From positions 27,902,001-27,950,925 of the forward strand of contig CM075988.1 in NCBI GenBank assembly GCA_038087875.1: a stretch of 48,925 bases of DNA, written 5' to 3'. The DNA is from Malacoraja senta (Eukaryota). Below are positions 23,389-37,125 of the stretch, piece by piece. The position numbers and the translations under genes were made by a program. The notes beneath the pieces are model-generated. The model had not been told where the DNA came from and searched no databases. It saw only the letters and a program-made list of their open reading frames with translations. Position 1 is the first letter of the stretch; the number at the start of each line of letters is the position of its first letter.

Positions 23389-26300
23389 GGTTCCTTGTTG
23401 TCCGTCTGCAATGTTTCTTAAGTGCCGTTTCACTGTCACAAAGAAAAATATCAATGTCTTCTTCCAATCAAATTGTAAAGTGATCCTTAATAATAGAAAA
23501 ATATTATGTTGTGTACTTTGCTCCCTCCTTGTAATGGTCACCTCTTCACTCTCCCGCTTTAAAACTGAGACACATTCCATTTATTTGCAATCTTGTGATA
23601 AATATAGACAGAGGATTTTCACCTCATTAACTTGGGTTGCATTGAATCCTTGTTTCAGAAGTGAAGGACATTCACCTACAAAAGCTGTTTTAAAGGAAAC
23701 TTTATATTGAATTGTTAATGGAGCTGCTAAATGATTTGCACTGCTGGTTGATTCACTTCATATTTGTGGTTCATAAATGCAGTTGTCCAAATAGAAGCAG
23801 AGCTGACATTTTTGAGGTCTGAGTAGAGTGATCATGATTTAACAGAAATTGTTATTGTAAGCCATGATTAAAATGAACAAATGCAGTCCTGACACATGTA
23901 TTTGGTTTCCGGTGTCCCTTTCCTTTCAAGCCAGGTTTGTAATCAATTGATGTGCAATGAACAGCAAGAAGTGCTTATCAGCTGTTTTCCATTCTTCAAA
24001 GATTAAACTATGCAGTAATACTTGGCACCAGACTATTTCAGACAAAAATACTAACGTTGGGTCTAATGAATAGTGCATTTATTGTGGGATTGGATGCCAG
24101 ATTGTTTCCTTAAAATTGGTCAGTTGTGTCGGAAGTACCACAGTGCCACATAATAACAATGTTTCAAAATGTGTTTCCAATATGGTACGTCCATTGTCAA
24201 AGTGGCAGCATTCTGCACATTTAAAGCATTTTACTTTGCAGCTACAACAATGGATTTCTGTTTCAGTAATAGTGAGCCAAATCTCTGTAAAGTACTCCTG
24301 GAAGCTGTTCAAAGGATTAGGACCAGGGAAGGTAATATTTCATGAGATGCAATTTCCTTTTTTATATAAGGGAGTGGGAATTACAGTTTTACAACAATTT
24401 ACTCAGAAGGTAGAATTCGGAGACAGACAAAACGAGGTGGAATTCAAATTGATGCAGTTCAAATTTGAACAAAGGTCATAATGATATTTCTCAATCTGAG
24501 GTGTTAGTATTTATTGTTCCAAGAACAAATGCATCCACTCAAAATCGGCTCCTTCGGCATCTGTTCTAAATTAGACACCATAGGAATTTGGTCTAAGTGT
24601 TGGCATACTGTATTTCTGGGCTATGCCAACATTTTTTCCCATCTATTTGATTTTTTGGATCTGTTGTGAAGGGAAAAGCGACTGATGTAGGCATATATTT
24701 TTGTGGAAAGCATGACAAAAGTAGAGCAGGAAGTGTTCCCAACTTGACAATGGCACAAATGAATGAGTTGGCATCTGTGAATCAAACCTAACGATGTATA
24801 ATGTGTATAGGATTGTATACCAAGTTGAATTTGAGTAGAGTACCAGAAAATATGGAACATGAATGATGTCAGATGCTGGAAATCCACAATGCCTCATACA
24901 TTCAAGTTGCATTGTCAGTTAGACAAAATAAATTGTAGATCTCATTGTAAAGTCATACATTGTGGTGTTCAAATGTAACAGCCCAAGGTATGGAATGGAA
25001 ATACCTAATCTAAGATTTGTTTGTCAAATCTGCAACATGCAGAAACTGCAATGTTGGTACAAAAGTGCAGCTATGTCTGCTCAATAAATCTGCAATTAAT
25101 TTTTTGTTGCTGACAAAATTAACCTGCTTTGCAGAATGATTCTGTTTGTCATACCCCACTTCAGGAAGTTACCGTTGTAAACATTTTAACTTAATACAAT
25201 TGTAAGAATACACTTTCAATCTAATTATTCCCCACATAAAGATACAAAAATATTTGCTTAGCCTTGAATCACCATTTCCATTCAACTGCTTGCGTAGGAG
25301 GGAAGCGCAGGTATAGCGTATTTATTGTGCTTGCATCTTATCCAGTTCTTATCACTTTGGGGAATGTGTAATCAGGTAAATTCTTGGGGGGAGTCATGTC
25401 ATTCAATGGAGGGAGCATTACAGGGAAAACTTGTAGGGGAATGGCCTCCTATGTTTTAAGAAAATATAGACGATATTGATGTACCTGAGTATTGTCGCTC
25501 ACTCAGTGAAGTTAACTGAAAAGATATTAGTCAAAAAATATCTGACAAATTGTGATTAAGTTAGCAAGTATCTTTAACAATGAATGTATTTGTGCCCTAG
25601 ATTTGACACATCACGAGTTTATGTAGAACAGAGAGATCTAGGGTCGTAGGTACATGGTTCCACCGCTAGTTTCCATGCTGTACAACTTTATGACTATGAT
25701 TTCAGCGGCAAAAGAAAATTTTCTGCTGCATGGACGTTTCTTAATAACCGTGACATTTTACCAGGCATATGCATATGCACACTAGTTCCTTGCCATTCAC
25801 ATGATCTGAACACCTGCCCCTCCTTCGTGACATCTGGCTACAGGTTCCACGTTTAACCATGTTCCTGAACCCCCCCCCCCCCCCCCACTTGACCCCCCTC
25901 CATGATCCTGGCCGTGTTACCTAACCACATTCCAGATCCCTTGTACCCTTTTCATTTCGTTGACTGGATAGCACATAAAGAAAAGCTTTTCACTATATCC
26001 TAGTACACTTAACAATAATAATAAACTAAACTAAACCATTGCACATCTGGGTCACGATCCTAAACCCAATGGAAGGTTCCCGATAGGAGTTAAAGAGCGA
26101 GGAAGAAATAGCGAACAACGTGTCCTGACCCAAACCCACATATGTGAGGGCATGTTTGTACCTGGCAGGTGCCATCTTTACATGTGAGCAACAGAGTGTA
26201 GCCTGCATCTGCCTTTGGTCTCACTATTGGGCAAAATTATTGGGCAAAATACTAAACATAAATATGAATTATCAAATATTTGGAAAGTGTACCAAGTTTA

Positions 26301-27151
26301 ACTTTTATAAAATCAACAGTATTGTATTCCTGTTTAAATTGAACTAGACATCTTTCTGTTTGCCTATCAGATGTTTACATAGGGTTAACATATTAAACTA
26401 ATCCAGATTTAGCAGTTTAAAAATATTCAGATTTCCCTGTGCTCCAGTTAAGATGCTGACATATTTAGTGCAGTGGATAGTGAATACATGACTTCATTGT
26501 TTTTTGTTCAAGAGCTACCACAAGTTGTTGGCAATGAGAGTACTTCTCATGAAAAGCCATTATGAGCCCAACTCAAGATTATTAGGAGTAATAGCCCAGA
26601 GAACTGCCTTTGTACTCTTTCAAATAGTCTTTTTAGTTTAACGTGCATTGTATTATTTATCACAGCTCAGGAATGAAAGAGAATGTTTTACTTGTTGCAA
26701 CAGCTTCTAGGATAAACAGTTCTAATCCTGCAAATGTTTATTTCAAACTGCAATTAATTTATAGAATTTCTTAATATTATTAAGATCCCAAAAAATATTG
26801 ACTTAAAATTGTGTGGCACAATTTATGTTAATTATGAAGTGATTGTTTACAAAATATATGTGCATAAGAAATTCACGCTTGCTGAAGCTTTACTGGCACA
26901 TAAAATACAACAGCACAACAAATAAACATATCATAAATGATGTTAGACGTAGTGCAACCTTAGTAGTGGAATACTGTTTTCACCTTGGATTGAAGACTCC
27001 AGAGCAAATTCTGGGAATTGGGTCATTCACAAGGACATGTGTTTTATTTTCCCTTTAACCCTTCCACTCTCAAAGGAACCAAACTGAATAGATTATTTTG
27101 CTGCAGTGTGGTCATGGAAACTTGGAACTGTTACCTTGCAGATCATGAACA

Positions 27152-27735
27152 AAGTACAAAGTGCTGGAGGAACTCAGCAGATCAGGCATCTGTGTAAAGA
27201 AATGGGCTGATTCGTTTTGGATTGAGACCCTTCTTCAGACTGATGGAGTAGTGGAGAAAAAACTTGTAAAAAGAGATTAGGGATGGGTCAAAGACTTGCA
27301 AGTGATAGATACATTTGAGGAGGGGTGTTTGTCAGATGGTTAGTGATAGTGACAAAGGCTAAAGGAGAAATGGAAACAAAAGAGTGTAAGATAAGGAAGG
27401 AAGAGCAGGGGTGAAATATAAAGCCGAAGGGAGGGATACAGGTGGAAATGGATGGAGAGGGAAAGAGGGGGTTGAAAGGGAAATGGGGTAGGGAGGTGGA
27501 AGATGAGCAGAAGGAGGAGAGGAAATGAACATGGCAATGAGTGTAGTGTGAGTATGAGAAGGAGATCAGGACGTTTTACTTAAAATTGGAGAATTCAATG
27601 TTTATGCCATTGGGTTGGAGGCTACCCGTGGAATGTGAGGTGCGGTTCTTCCAGTTTATGTCTGGCCACACTACAACAGTGGAGGAGGCTAAAGGCAGAA
27701 AGATCAGTATGGAATGGGAAGTGGAGTTAAAATGG
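27152..27735 (-). mobile_element. Penelope-like retroelement 3' part (GIY-YIG C-terminus, 3' UTR, terminal repeat)
   Basis: Minus strand HTDLSAFSLLHCCSVARHKLEEPHLTFH, a frameshift, then GSLQPNGINIEFSNFK* (stop at 27576), a pyrimidine-rich UTR and the CTGAAGAAGGG terminal repeat. Confidence 0.8.
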
Positions 27736-28519
27736 CGAGCACAGGGACTTCCTACTCATGACTTCAACTGAAACATTTCAGTGGTATTACAACAGGAATT
27801 TGTAAGGAGCCTGGTAACTCCGTGGACACCCTTCTCTGTTTGTGGAGAGTAGTTGGACGTTCTATGTAATATACTGTCTATTTGCAAGATGATTCTTGAT
27901 GTTTGTAATCAATCAAATAATTTTATCATGAATTCTACTTTAAAGGAATGTTGTGCAGCTTTGGTAGTTTGTATCAGAAATATTTTTGTAATAAATTAGG
28001 CTGCCACTGTATGTTGATGTGCAAGTATTCTTGAGAAAGCCAGACTGGTATAAATTCTACTTCATAGTCCAAATGTGCTGTGGATATTTCAAATACCATG
28101 GGAAATGCATGTAGTAAGTAGACACCCAATTTCCATTAATTTAATTTTAGTGATTTCAGAAAGTTGTTGCTCAAGAGTTTAAAACAAGCATTAACTGAGA
28201 TTTCACGTGTAGGAAAATAGAACACATTGGTTATGCCAGGTATAATTTGATATTATGAAACTTTACATCTGTCTATATTGTTGGCAGTAACAATAAAATA
28301 ATGCAAACGAGGAATACATTTAACACTTCCTGGTCGGAGTGAATAGTGCCATATTGCTTCATTTCTCTTGGTTTGGTTCTTGAAAAGTTTAATTTATACC
28401 ATTTATGTAACTTAGCATTTATTTAGCCATTTAAGGAACTTAGCTTCCAAATATATCAGAGAACTTATTGTTTCTAAAATGTGTATGTTGACAGAAATAC
28501 TGTAATTCTCAATTTTAAA

Positions 28520-28774
28520 CGCTGACCGCAGGTGCAGTCTGTGTGGAGTTTGCATGTTCTCCCTGTGACCCCGTCGGTTTCCTCTGGGTGTGCCGGTTTC
28601 CTCCGCCATCCCAAAGATTTGTGGGTTAATTATATTCTACAAATTGTCCTGAATGTTTCAGGAGAGGTTGAGAAAGTGGGGTAACAGATCTAGTGTGAAC
28701 GGGTGATGGATGATGAGCGTGGATGTGGTGGGCTGAAGGGCCTACATCCATGCTGTACATCTAAAACTAAAACT
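28520..28774 (+). mobile_element. HE1-like V-SINE lacking its head
   Basis: GTGTGGAGTTTGCATGTTCTCCCTGTGACC V-domain; tail GGGCTGAAGGGCCT...CTAAAACTAAAACT. Confidence 0.8.
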
Positions 28775-29924
28775 ATGTCACCTACATTTTCTGTGCAATT
28801 AATTTTTCTCAGTGCTATTGAGAGAGGAAGTATGTGTGTTATAATTTATCAAATTTTCTGTTTATTATTGGATATATTGTAACATGACACAAGAATTAAG
28901 ACAAAATATATCGTCGTTGATGCTCATGAGAAAGATGAGAGGTTAGTTTATTTGGGCCTCAGGAGCGTTTTTACATTGGCAAACAAATCAATGATGGTAA
29001 TAATCACAAAGCATTCCTTGAAGTTTCAAAACAATGCAGAATAGGACTTTTATTAGGAAATACTATTTGGTGCTTTGTATGTCCCCTAGCCGGTGATGTT
29101 TTGTGGTACAACACAGTTATAGATTTATCTGGAACATATAAACTTTGCATTTAAATATATAATGACTTCAAAATAAAAACCAAATTACAAGAATATGTTG
29201 AAAATTGATAATGATAGAAATAACTTAAGTGAATGGGTTTCAACCTGTTACCAACTTTATATGAATGTAATCCAGGATTTGTTGATACATTTAAAATTCT
29301 CCATTCAACATTACTTCATGATACATGTCATTCTATCATTAATTTAGAAAAAATGTAGACTATTTTCAAAGCTTGTGATCTACAGCAAAACAAATCACAT
29401 ATTAAATGGTAATTGTACATATCCAGGAGCTTAGTTTCATAAGCATTAAATCATGGTTATTATTAATGCATATCAATGGATCTCCTTTTATTTCATAATA
29501 AATTAGTAAAGGTAGTTCATTACTTTTTCTGTATCACAGCTCACTCCTTTGATCTTAATTTTGGAGTAGAATACATTGATTTCAGTTGAAGAACTTAGTA
29601 TTTAGGTTATAATAACATGAATGCTAGTTAATAGGAGCTGAGCTGATTCACAAGTGGAAAAAGCACGTGAATGTTTAATGCACAGAACAAAAGGAGAGCA
29701 ACATAACTAAGATCAAGTTTTAATTCTTCATTCTTGACAGTAGATTCTTAAATGTCATCATATTCAACCTGTGAGGTATCAGATAGTTGTGCTAAGAAGC
29801 ACTTTGTGATAGGAAAATTTAGTGTAATTGTTAGTTTTTTTTAGTCTCTGGTCAAGTTGCACAGCTGTCTATTGATAATTCAAAAATACAATTCAGATTA
29901 TTGATTAATTATATAGTCTTTGAA

Positions 29925-30395
29925 CAATGACACTAAAATAAGTAGACGGTGAAGATGGTTATCAAGAATTAATTAGACCAGGATCTTGATCAGCTGGGCA
30001 AGTGGATTGTAGAATGGCTAGAGTCTAAATCAGATAAATGTGAGGTTTTGCATTTTGGGAAGTCAAACCATGGTGGGAACTTCACAGTGAAAGGAAGGGC
30101 CCTGTGAGTGTTGTTGAGCAGAGGGATCTAGGCATATAAGTACATAGTTCCCAAAAAGTGGTGTTGCAGGTAAATATAGTGGTAAAGAAGGCTTTTGTCA
30201 GAGAATTGAATATAGAAGTTGACACGTTACATTACAGTTGTACAAGACATTGATGAGGGCCCAAACTTGGACAACAGTGTTAAGTTTTGGTCCATTAATC
30301 TGGAAAATGTGCTGGGCAGATTTATGAGCATGTTGTTAGGACACGAGGGCATGAGCTTTTGGGAGAGGTTGGGCAGGTTAGGACTATTCATTAGA
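29925..30395 (+). mobile_element. CR1 LINE RT C-terminal remnant
   Basis: Decayed coding DTKI...QDLDQLGKW...DKCEVLHFGKSN...EQRDLG. Confidence 0.8.
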
Positions 30396-31437
30396 GAAAG
30401 GTTTCATGTAGAAGACCCTTAATTCTGATCTAAAATGTTATTTGTTTTCATTTCAACCTGACTTGCTGAGTATTTTTAAAATATTCTCTTTTTATTTTTA
30501 AATTCCCTTCACTTCATGTTTTGAAATGTTAGAATTTCTGTAATCTAACTCACAAGAAAAACAATTATGGTACCCTTGAAATTAAAAACAAAAGTTTGAT
30601 GGATGCATTACAATTAAAATTCCATTGGTTCACCTCTCTTTGGGTGAAGAAGTTTTCCTAAATAAATGCAAGGAATGAGTTTAATTCATTTTGGTTTGAT
30701 CCTTGTGTAAAATGTTTGCTGTTTAAAAGTAATGTACAATGTAAGATGTGGCTCTGTACGTATTTTCTCTTCACCTTTTCCCCAAAACAAATTTGTCCAA
30801 TAAAATTTCTGGAATCAAAGAAAGACATTGTGCCCAAAGATACTCCTCTAGTATCTTTGATTGTGCCTGCACAGATAAACATTTGATAATTTGATAACCA
30901 TACAGGGAGCTCTCCAAGGTGCTTACTCACAGAAAACTCCACTATCTACCATGCTCATTTTATTATTTTTTTCTATAACGTTATTCAGACATGTTGCAAG
31001 GAAAATGTTGTTGCAGGATTTGTTTTTGTCATACTTGGTTTGTTTGCTGAACAGTAACACATTTAGTGTTTTCAGCTTCCTTGATAGCAGTGTACTGGAG
31101 TTATCAGGGTAATACTGATCTATTTATGCCTTTAAATGTACAGAGCCACATCTTACATTGTTCAAAGTTATTGGGTATTATTCTCCACATGAAAGGTTGA
31201 CGAGATTGCTTCTTATTTCAAATTGCTTCAATTTATGGAAATTACTTCATACATTGAAAATCACATTGAGTAGTCACAAATCACATTTTCTGTAATAAAA
31301 GCTTCTTTTTTTATCTGGCTCCAAGATTACAGATAATCATTTACACTGAAATTAGTGCTTTTACTCTATTAACAAATGGTTTAATTGTTAAATGGAACTG
31401 GCTAAGTGAGGGACTAAAATCCAAAACACAGAGTTTG

Positions 31438-31746
31438 AGGGGCATAGTGGCACAGCTGATAGAGCGGCTGTGCCAGAGACCCACGTTTGATCCTGACCTT
31501 CGGAGCTGTCTTTATGGAGTTTGCACGTTTTCCATGTGACGACATGGGTTTTCTCTGGATGCTCCAGTTTCCTCCTACATACCAAAGATGTGCGAATGTT
31601 TAGGTTAATTGGCCAATGTAAATTGCCCCAGGTGTATAGGGAGTGAATGGAAAAATTGGGATAACTAGCATGAATGGGTGATTGATCATAGGCATGGATT
31701 CGATAGGCTGAAGGGTTTGTTTCCATGCTGTATCTCAAAATTAAAC
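31438..31746 (+). mobile_element. HE1-like V-SINE, near full length
   Basis: TGGCACAGCTG A-box, GTTTGATCC B-box, V-domain and CR1-like tail. Confidence 0.8.
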
Positions 31747-31814
31747 ACCAAAAAACAAATTATCAAGATTGTATATCGTAGGATCGAACCAAAGTCAAAA
31801 TGTGATAGGAAGAT

Positions 31815-31965
31815 TTATGAGCAAAAAACTAACTGCTGGATGAGTCAGTGGGGGGAAATAGACAAACAATGTTTTGGGCAGGGACCCATCTTCAGACTGA
31901 TGAAAGTTCCTCCAGCAGTTTGTTTTTTTGCTAACGATTCCAGCAAATACAGTCTCTTGTGTTTT
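31815..31965. mobile_element. Decayed fold-back Penelope-like fragment
   Basis: AGCAAAAAACTAACTGCTGGA ... TCCAGCAGTTTGTTTTTTTGCT inverted arms around CCCATCTTCAGACTGA. Confidence 0.55.
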
Positions 31966-32574
31966 CAAAGTGATTTATGGCTCTGATTTCCAATTAGTTT
32001 TAATTGGTTTTGCATTTCAAGAGGAAATAATATTTGAGGGGAATAAAAGTTTATTTTCAAGATTCTCAAATGAATAGAGCAGAATTTCCCACCACGAGAC
32101 AAGTAGCTGCACTGATTATTGGTCTAGGTAGTAGGCACAATTTTGCAGATATGTTAGTGTCGACGTCTTGATCAATGCCATCCTGATCCTAAATGTCAAG
32201 GCCCAAGGAGCTCATGTAAATAAATGCTCTCAGAATAAAGCAGCTGAAAAATACTGGCAGCTGTCCAATCTTTCAATTTGTCCGTGATCACAAACAAATA
32301 TTTCAAAAGCAATCAAAGCAATTAAAAATTAATCACATATTTAAAGATTTTATTTAGAAAAATGTTTAAGTGAAAACATTCAAGGAACAATTAATTTAAC
32401 ACAATTAATTCAAAACAATAAGTTGCCAAACATACCTTTGTGCTTCAAAAGTTGTTCTCAAATGAGTTGGTATGTCATTACTGACTCTGAGCCAGCTCTT
32501 GCCTGAGGTGACATTAAAAAAAAGGCATTTCCCACCATAACATTGTGTTTTGCAGCAATGTAGGACTTTGTGGC

Positions 32575-33247
32575 GTCCACTTTTGCTGAAAAATCGGCGA
32601 CGACAGAATGGAACACACACACACACACACATTGCTTCCTTCACCAGCCAGTTATGCAGGCGGGGGACAGGGCAAGTGGGGGGAGCGCTATCTGAGTGAA
32701 ATTCAGTGCGGTGCAAGGCCAATATGATACAGACACACACCACGATGAACAGGAAGGTTGACGGTGTAATTAAGACGGTGAAAGCACAGTGTACAGGAAG
32801 GGTCACGTAAGTCCTTTAAAAGAGGGGGGGAGCGGGGGATACGGGGTGGGGAGAAGGAGTGGAGACAACTTTTAAGAAGCCAGAGATACACGGCTGTGAA
32901 GCTCGGCGGACATTAACATTACTGGTCGGTTATCCTTGGTTCTGAAAACTACTGTTTACGTTTTTGTTTCCCAATGAGCCAATGAAATTCACCGGTCAGC
33001 ACCGGCGACAACCTACGACCTCCTGGCAACCCACTACCACTGCACCTACATCACGAGAATTCTCGCTACTCTCCATGGCGTCACAATTCTGGTCGCCATG
33101 AAGCCACGAGTAGTTACGAGAATGTGGGAACTACTCACCACCATGCAGGCGACACCCCAGCAACCTCCGGCGAACACGTGGCGACCTTGTGGCGATCTCA
33201 TAGTCTCCTGTAGTCGCCTAAAAAGTTGCGTAAGTGGGACAGGCCCA
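32575..33247 (-). mobile_element. PIF/Harbinger-type non-autonomous element, one TIR missing
   Basis: Reverse-complement homolog of 35195-35973; ends CGTAAGTGGGACAGGCCCA then TAA. Confidence 0.75.
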
Positions 33248-33781
33248 TAAGCCTTTATTCCTACTACCAAAATGCATGACTGCACATTTTGCTACACTAT
33301 ATTCCATCTGCCACTTCTCTGCCCACTCTCCCAACCTGTCCAAGTCCTCCTCCAGAATATGGAGCATTTGAAGTATGACAGAGTTCCTGAGTTGGATTAC
33401 AGAAATGGACAGCTGCTGAGCTGCACACAGAGTTCAAATATCCCCTGAACTATTGTGTGACTATCTAAATAATGTAGATGTTGCACATATAAAAACACAC
33501 ACAGTCTTTCCCCCCAGTCCCCTGACAATGATGTAAGAATATATCACCAGTTCTCCTGTGGGTCTGTTGTAGAGCAGTTTCCAGGTCCCTTAACAGGTGA
33601 AAAAGTAAGCAAACAGGAAATTATATGCTTTGTTTACAGAAGCTCATTTCTTAAATTGAGTAATTTTATATAATATATTTGTAAACATTAATTGCAGCAT
33701 CTTAAGTCCATGTGCAAGGTTTGTGTCTTTAAATAAGCAGATAATGGGATCAAGACTAACAGGCCAAGATTAGATAAGCCA

Positions 33782-33868
33782 TAGATAGACACAAAAAGCT
33801 GGTGTAACTCCGCAGAATTTTTGTGTCTATCCTCGGTTTAAACCAGCATCTGCAGTTTCTTTCTACAC
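33782..33868. mobile_element. Collapsed fold-back Penelope-like fragment
   Basis: GATAGACACAAAAA...TTTTTGTGTCTATC; perfect 13-bp flanking repeat ATTAGATAAGCCA (33769-33781, 33869-33881). Confidence 0.8.
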
Positions 33869-34214
33869 ATTAGATAAGCCAAGGTCTTTTTGAATGTTAC
33901 TGTAGTTAAGGACTGTAAGACACATTGGCTTCTGTTCCTTTTTTGTTGTGGGAGTTCAAAAAGGTTTCTTTTTACAAGGAAATCCATTTATTCATGACAC
34001 ATTGAATCAGATGGATATTGAAGACTAATTCAGTGGTGTCGTATGTTGAATATATTGGTTGTGGGAATCTGCCTGTTGCTAAGGTTGCTGAGGAATGTTT
34101 TGTTGCTCTCCATATCAGCACTGGCTGACTTTTAAACATAATTGTACATGAACCATTTTTACATGTTTTTCACAAGTCATTGAGTGTTTTGTATATGTAC
34201 TGACCACTTACCAT

Positions 34215-34880
34215 AAGTGGTCATCATCTACGCACAACAGTTCCAAGAAAAATATGTGAAGCCACACCAGCCACTATAGACATTTTATTTGACCTGAACA
34301 AAGCCTTTGACTGCCATCACTATGGAGGCACTGTGGTACATTCTCCTCAAAATGTATACCGTGATATTAACAGATGGGTCTACAACAGAACCATTCTCAG
34401 TGCAAACCAAATTAAAAAAGTGTGCTACACTTTTCTCAATCCTGCTTTCTTCAATTTTGCATGTCATCTCCATTTAGAAGTAATATACATCTGTTGAGCA
34501 GTACCTAGCTTACACAAACCTCAGTAGGAAAATTACAATACGCAAACAGGGCTTGAGCTTGCGTATACTCAGAGCCGAGCTTCAAGGCACTGTCAATGCT
34601 TTCATATGACAGGATGGTTTAACGCTCACTGTCCTAAACTTGAGAGTCCTCTGTCACCCTTACGTGTGTTGCATCACACTGACCTCCAACAATCAATGTT
34701 TAGAGCAGGACTGTTGATAAGGTGCAACAATTTCCATATCAAGGGAGGCATCCCTCAGCAAAGGTAGCTTTTATTATGTAATTCACCACTGTCTGTACAG
34801 AACCAGGGCAACCCATGGCTAATTTAAAAATAAAAGGATATTTGAAGATCAAGACCTGAGGCTTGGCCTAAATCTTGATG
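34215..34880 (+). mobile_element. Decayed RTE-clade LINE
   Basis: Broken coding QFQEK...QPL...KAFD...EALWYILLK...TDGSTTEPFSVQT...TLFSI. Confidence 0.55.
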
Positions 34881-35194
34881 GTTGATTGGAAGGTATTGAG
34901 AGGGGTGGTTGTTACCTAAAATTGGAGAATTCAATGTTTATACTGGATTCTGCCCTCCCCCCGCCACCACCATCTGCCTGATGAAGTGTTCCAACCGAAA
35001 CATCACCAATCCATGTTTTCCCGAGATCCTGTTCTCTTCCAGACTATCTCCCTAATGTTCTTGTCCTAGTTGTACTCAGTAAGCTACTGTATGTCAGGCA
35101 GCCCATGTCCTTTGCATGCTTGACCCCAGAAACCCCAGACACACTTCTCCGACCTCTCAAGGAAAATCATCCTTGATCTTGAGGGCCTGCCTAA

Positions 35195-35973
35195 TGGGCC
35201 TGTCCCACTTAGGCGACTTTTTAGGCGACGGCAGGAGACTATGCAGTCACCACATGGTCGCCACATGTTTGCAGGTGGTTGCTGGGGAGTCGCCTTCATG
35301 GTCATGAGGAGTTCCCACATTCTGGGAACTCGTCGCGACCTCATTATGGTCGCCGAGAATTTTTCAACATGTTGAAAAATTAGCGGCGACTAGAATGAAG
35401 CCGCCATGGAGAGTAGCGAGAATTCTCGTGCTGTAGGTGGATTGCAAGGAGGTCCTAGTGGGTTGCCAGGAGGTCGAAGGTTCTCTTAGGTTCTCGTAGG
35501 TTGTAGCCGGTGCTGACCGGTGAATTTCATTGGCTCATCGGGGAAAAAAAACATAGGCAGTAGTTTTCAGGACCAACGATAACCGAGCGGTAATGTTATG
35601 TCCGCCGAACTTCACAGCTGTGTATCTCTGGCTTATTAAAAGTTGTCTGGCTTCTTAAAAGTTGTCTTCACTCCTTCTCCCTCCTTCTCCCCCCCCCCCT
35701 TATCCCCCCCTCCTTTAAAGGACTTACCGTACACTGTGCTAGCCGTCTTAATTACAGCACCAACCTTCCTGTTCATCGCTCTGTGTGTCTGTATCACCTT
35801 GGCGTTGCAAATTTCAAACAACGCTCCCCTCGCTTGCCCTGGCCCCGCCTTTGCGATGTGTTTGTGTGTGTGTGTGTGTTCCACTCTGACAGTCGACGTT
35901 TTTTCAGGCTACTGCCGGCAACTTGACAGTCGCTGGCAGTCGCCTGGAAAATCGCCTAAGTGGGACAGGCACA
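35195..35973 (+). mobile_element. PIF/Harbinger-type MITE, complete
   Basis: 22-bp TIRs TGGGCCTGTCCCACTTAGGCGA / TCGCCTAAGTGGGACAGGCACA; flanks TAA / TCA; no coding capacity. Superfamily inferred from TIR and TWA-like flanks. Confidence 0.8.
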
Positions 35974-36502
35974 TCAGAAGAAGAAATAAATGTCAAATAT
36001 GCTACTGTAGAGAGGAGAGAAAATAGTGAAAATGAGGAGAAAGGGTTAGTGATGAATAGAGGATGGGAGAATAGAGATCAAATTTAGGAAGTCTGAACCT
36101 GGTATTTTGGGGTGATTGATGACCAAAACAAAGATTGGACCCTGTAACAAGAGGGGTGATGGGACAGGTTGGGAGGGAAAGCAGAGGCCTCATGGAGATC
36201 AGAAAGGGGGTCTGATTGTGAAGCGGAAGGTAAAAAACTCCTGGTTATAGGATCCAGCACGTGGGGGCATAAGCACGTTCTTCCTGGATTTTGCAGAAAT
36301 TCTCTTTACAAAATTACTGAATAGCTTCAACATGGAAAATAGTCATTTGAACCATGGACTCTATACCAGCTCTGTGTCATTTCTCGACCGATAGATCTTG
36401 CAGATCTTTTCTTTCAGATACTTTACCAGATTTTCTTAGGTTGGCTGTGCATTCACAGCTATCCATCACAATTTTATTTTCTGGTCTTAACCACTTCCTG
36501 TT

Positions 36503-37125
36503 TATCTGTATAACTTTAACACTCTCATCTTGTATGTGTGTATGTGTGTGTGGGTGTGTGTGTGTGTATATGTGTGTCTTTATATTTTCACCAAAATGCT
36601 ACGCGGTAATGATACAATTTTTACATATTCTGACTCGCACTTTCCCCCTCTAAGCAGTGATCAGCTTCACTTAAGATTTGATGCTATATTTCACGACTTA
36701 TTGGTGATTAAAGTTAAAAAAAAAGACAAAACTGCCTTTTAAGCTTCGACTGATGACGTCAGAATGAGGTGGGCGGCCACAATGGCTCGGGTCGGTGCCC
36801 GTTTCACACACAGAATATTCCACGAGCTTCGAGTGACGTCAGGGGGAGGGCCGCATTTAAATTAACGTTCCGCTTTTTCCGATCCGGGCTTCTAACAGCG
36901 ACGCCCCGGCTGGGGTTTTACGCGGCCATCAAGGAGGCATCGAGACCGCGGCGGTGAAGGAGACATCGAGACCGTGGCGGTGAGGCTTCGCGATGATAAG
37001 GCCGCGGAGGCGGTGGGGCCTCGCGACGGTGGTGGGGTCTGTGCCCTGACCGTTGGCCCGGCGGGAGTTGAGCTGGGGTTGCCGCTTCTTCTCCGCGCTG
37101 GCTGTGGCCCCAGGCTGGGTTGGGT
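36503..37125 (+). mobile_element. Unclassified repeat (possibly Helitron-like) with (TG)n and CpG-rich body
   Basis: Starts ATCTGTATAACTTTAACACTCTCATCTTG then (TG)n at 36530-36577; abrupt GC/CpG-rich segment 36740-37120. Confidence 0.3.
36931..36982 (+). repeat. 26-bp tandem repeat, 2 copies plus decayed units
   Basis: AAGGAGGCATCGAGACCGCGGCGGTG / AAGGAGACATCGAGACCGTGGCGGTG. Confidence 0.85.
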
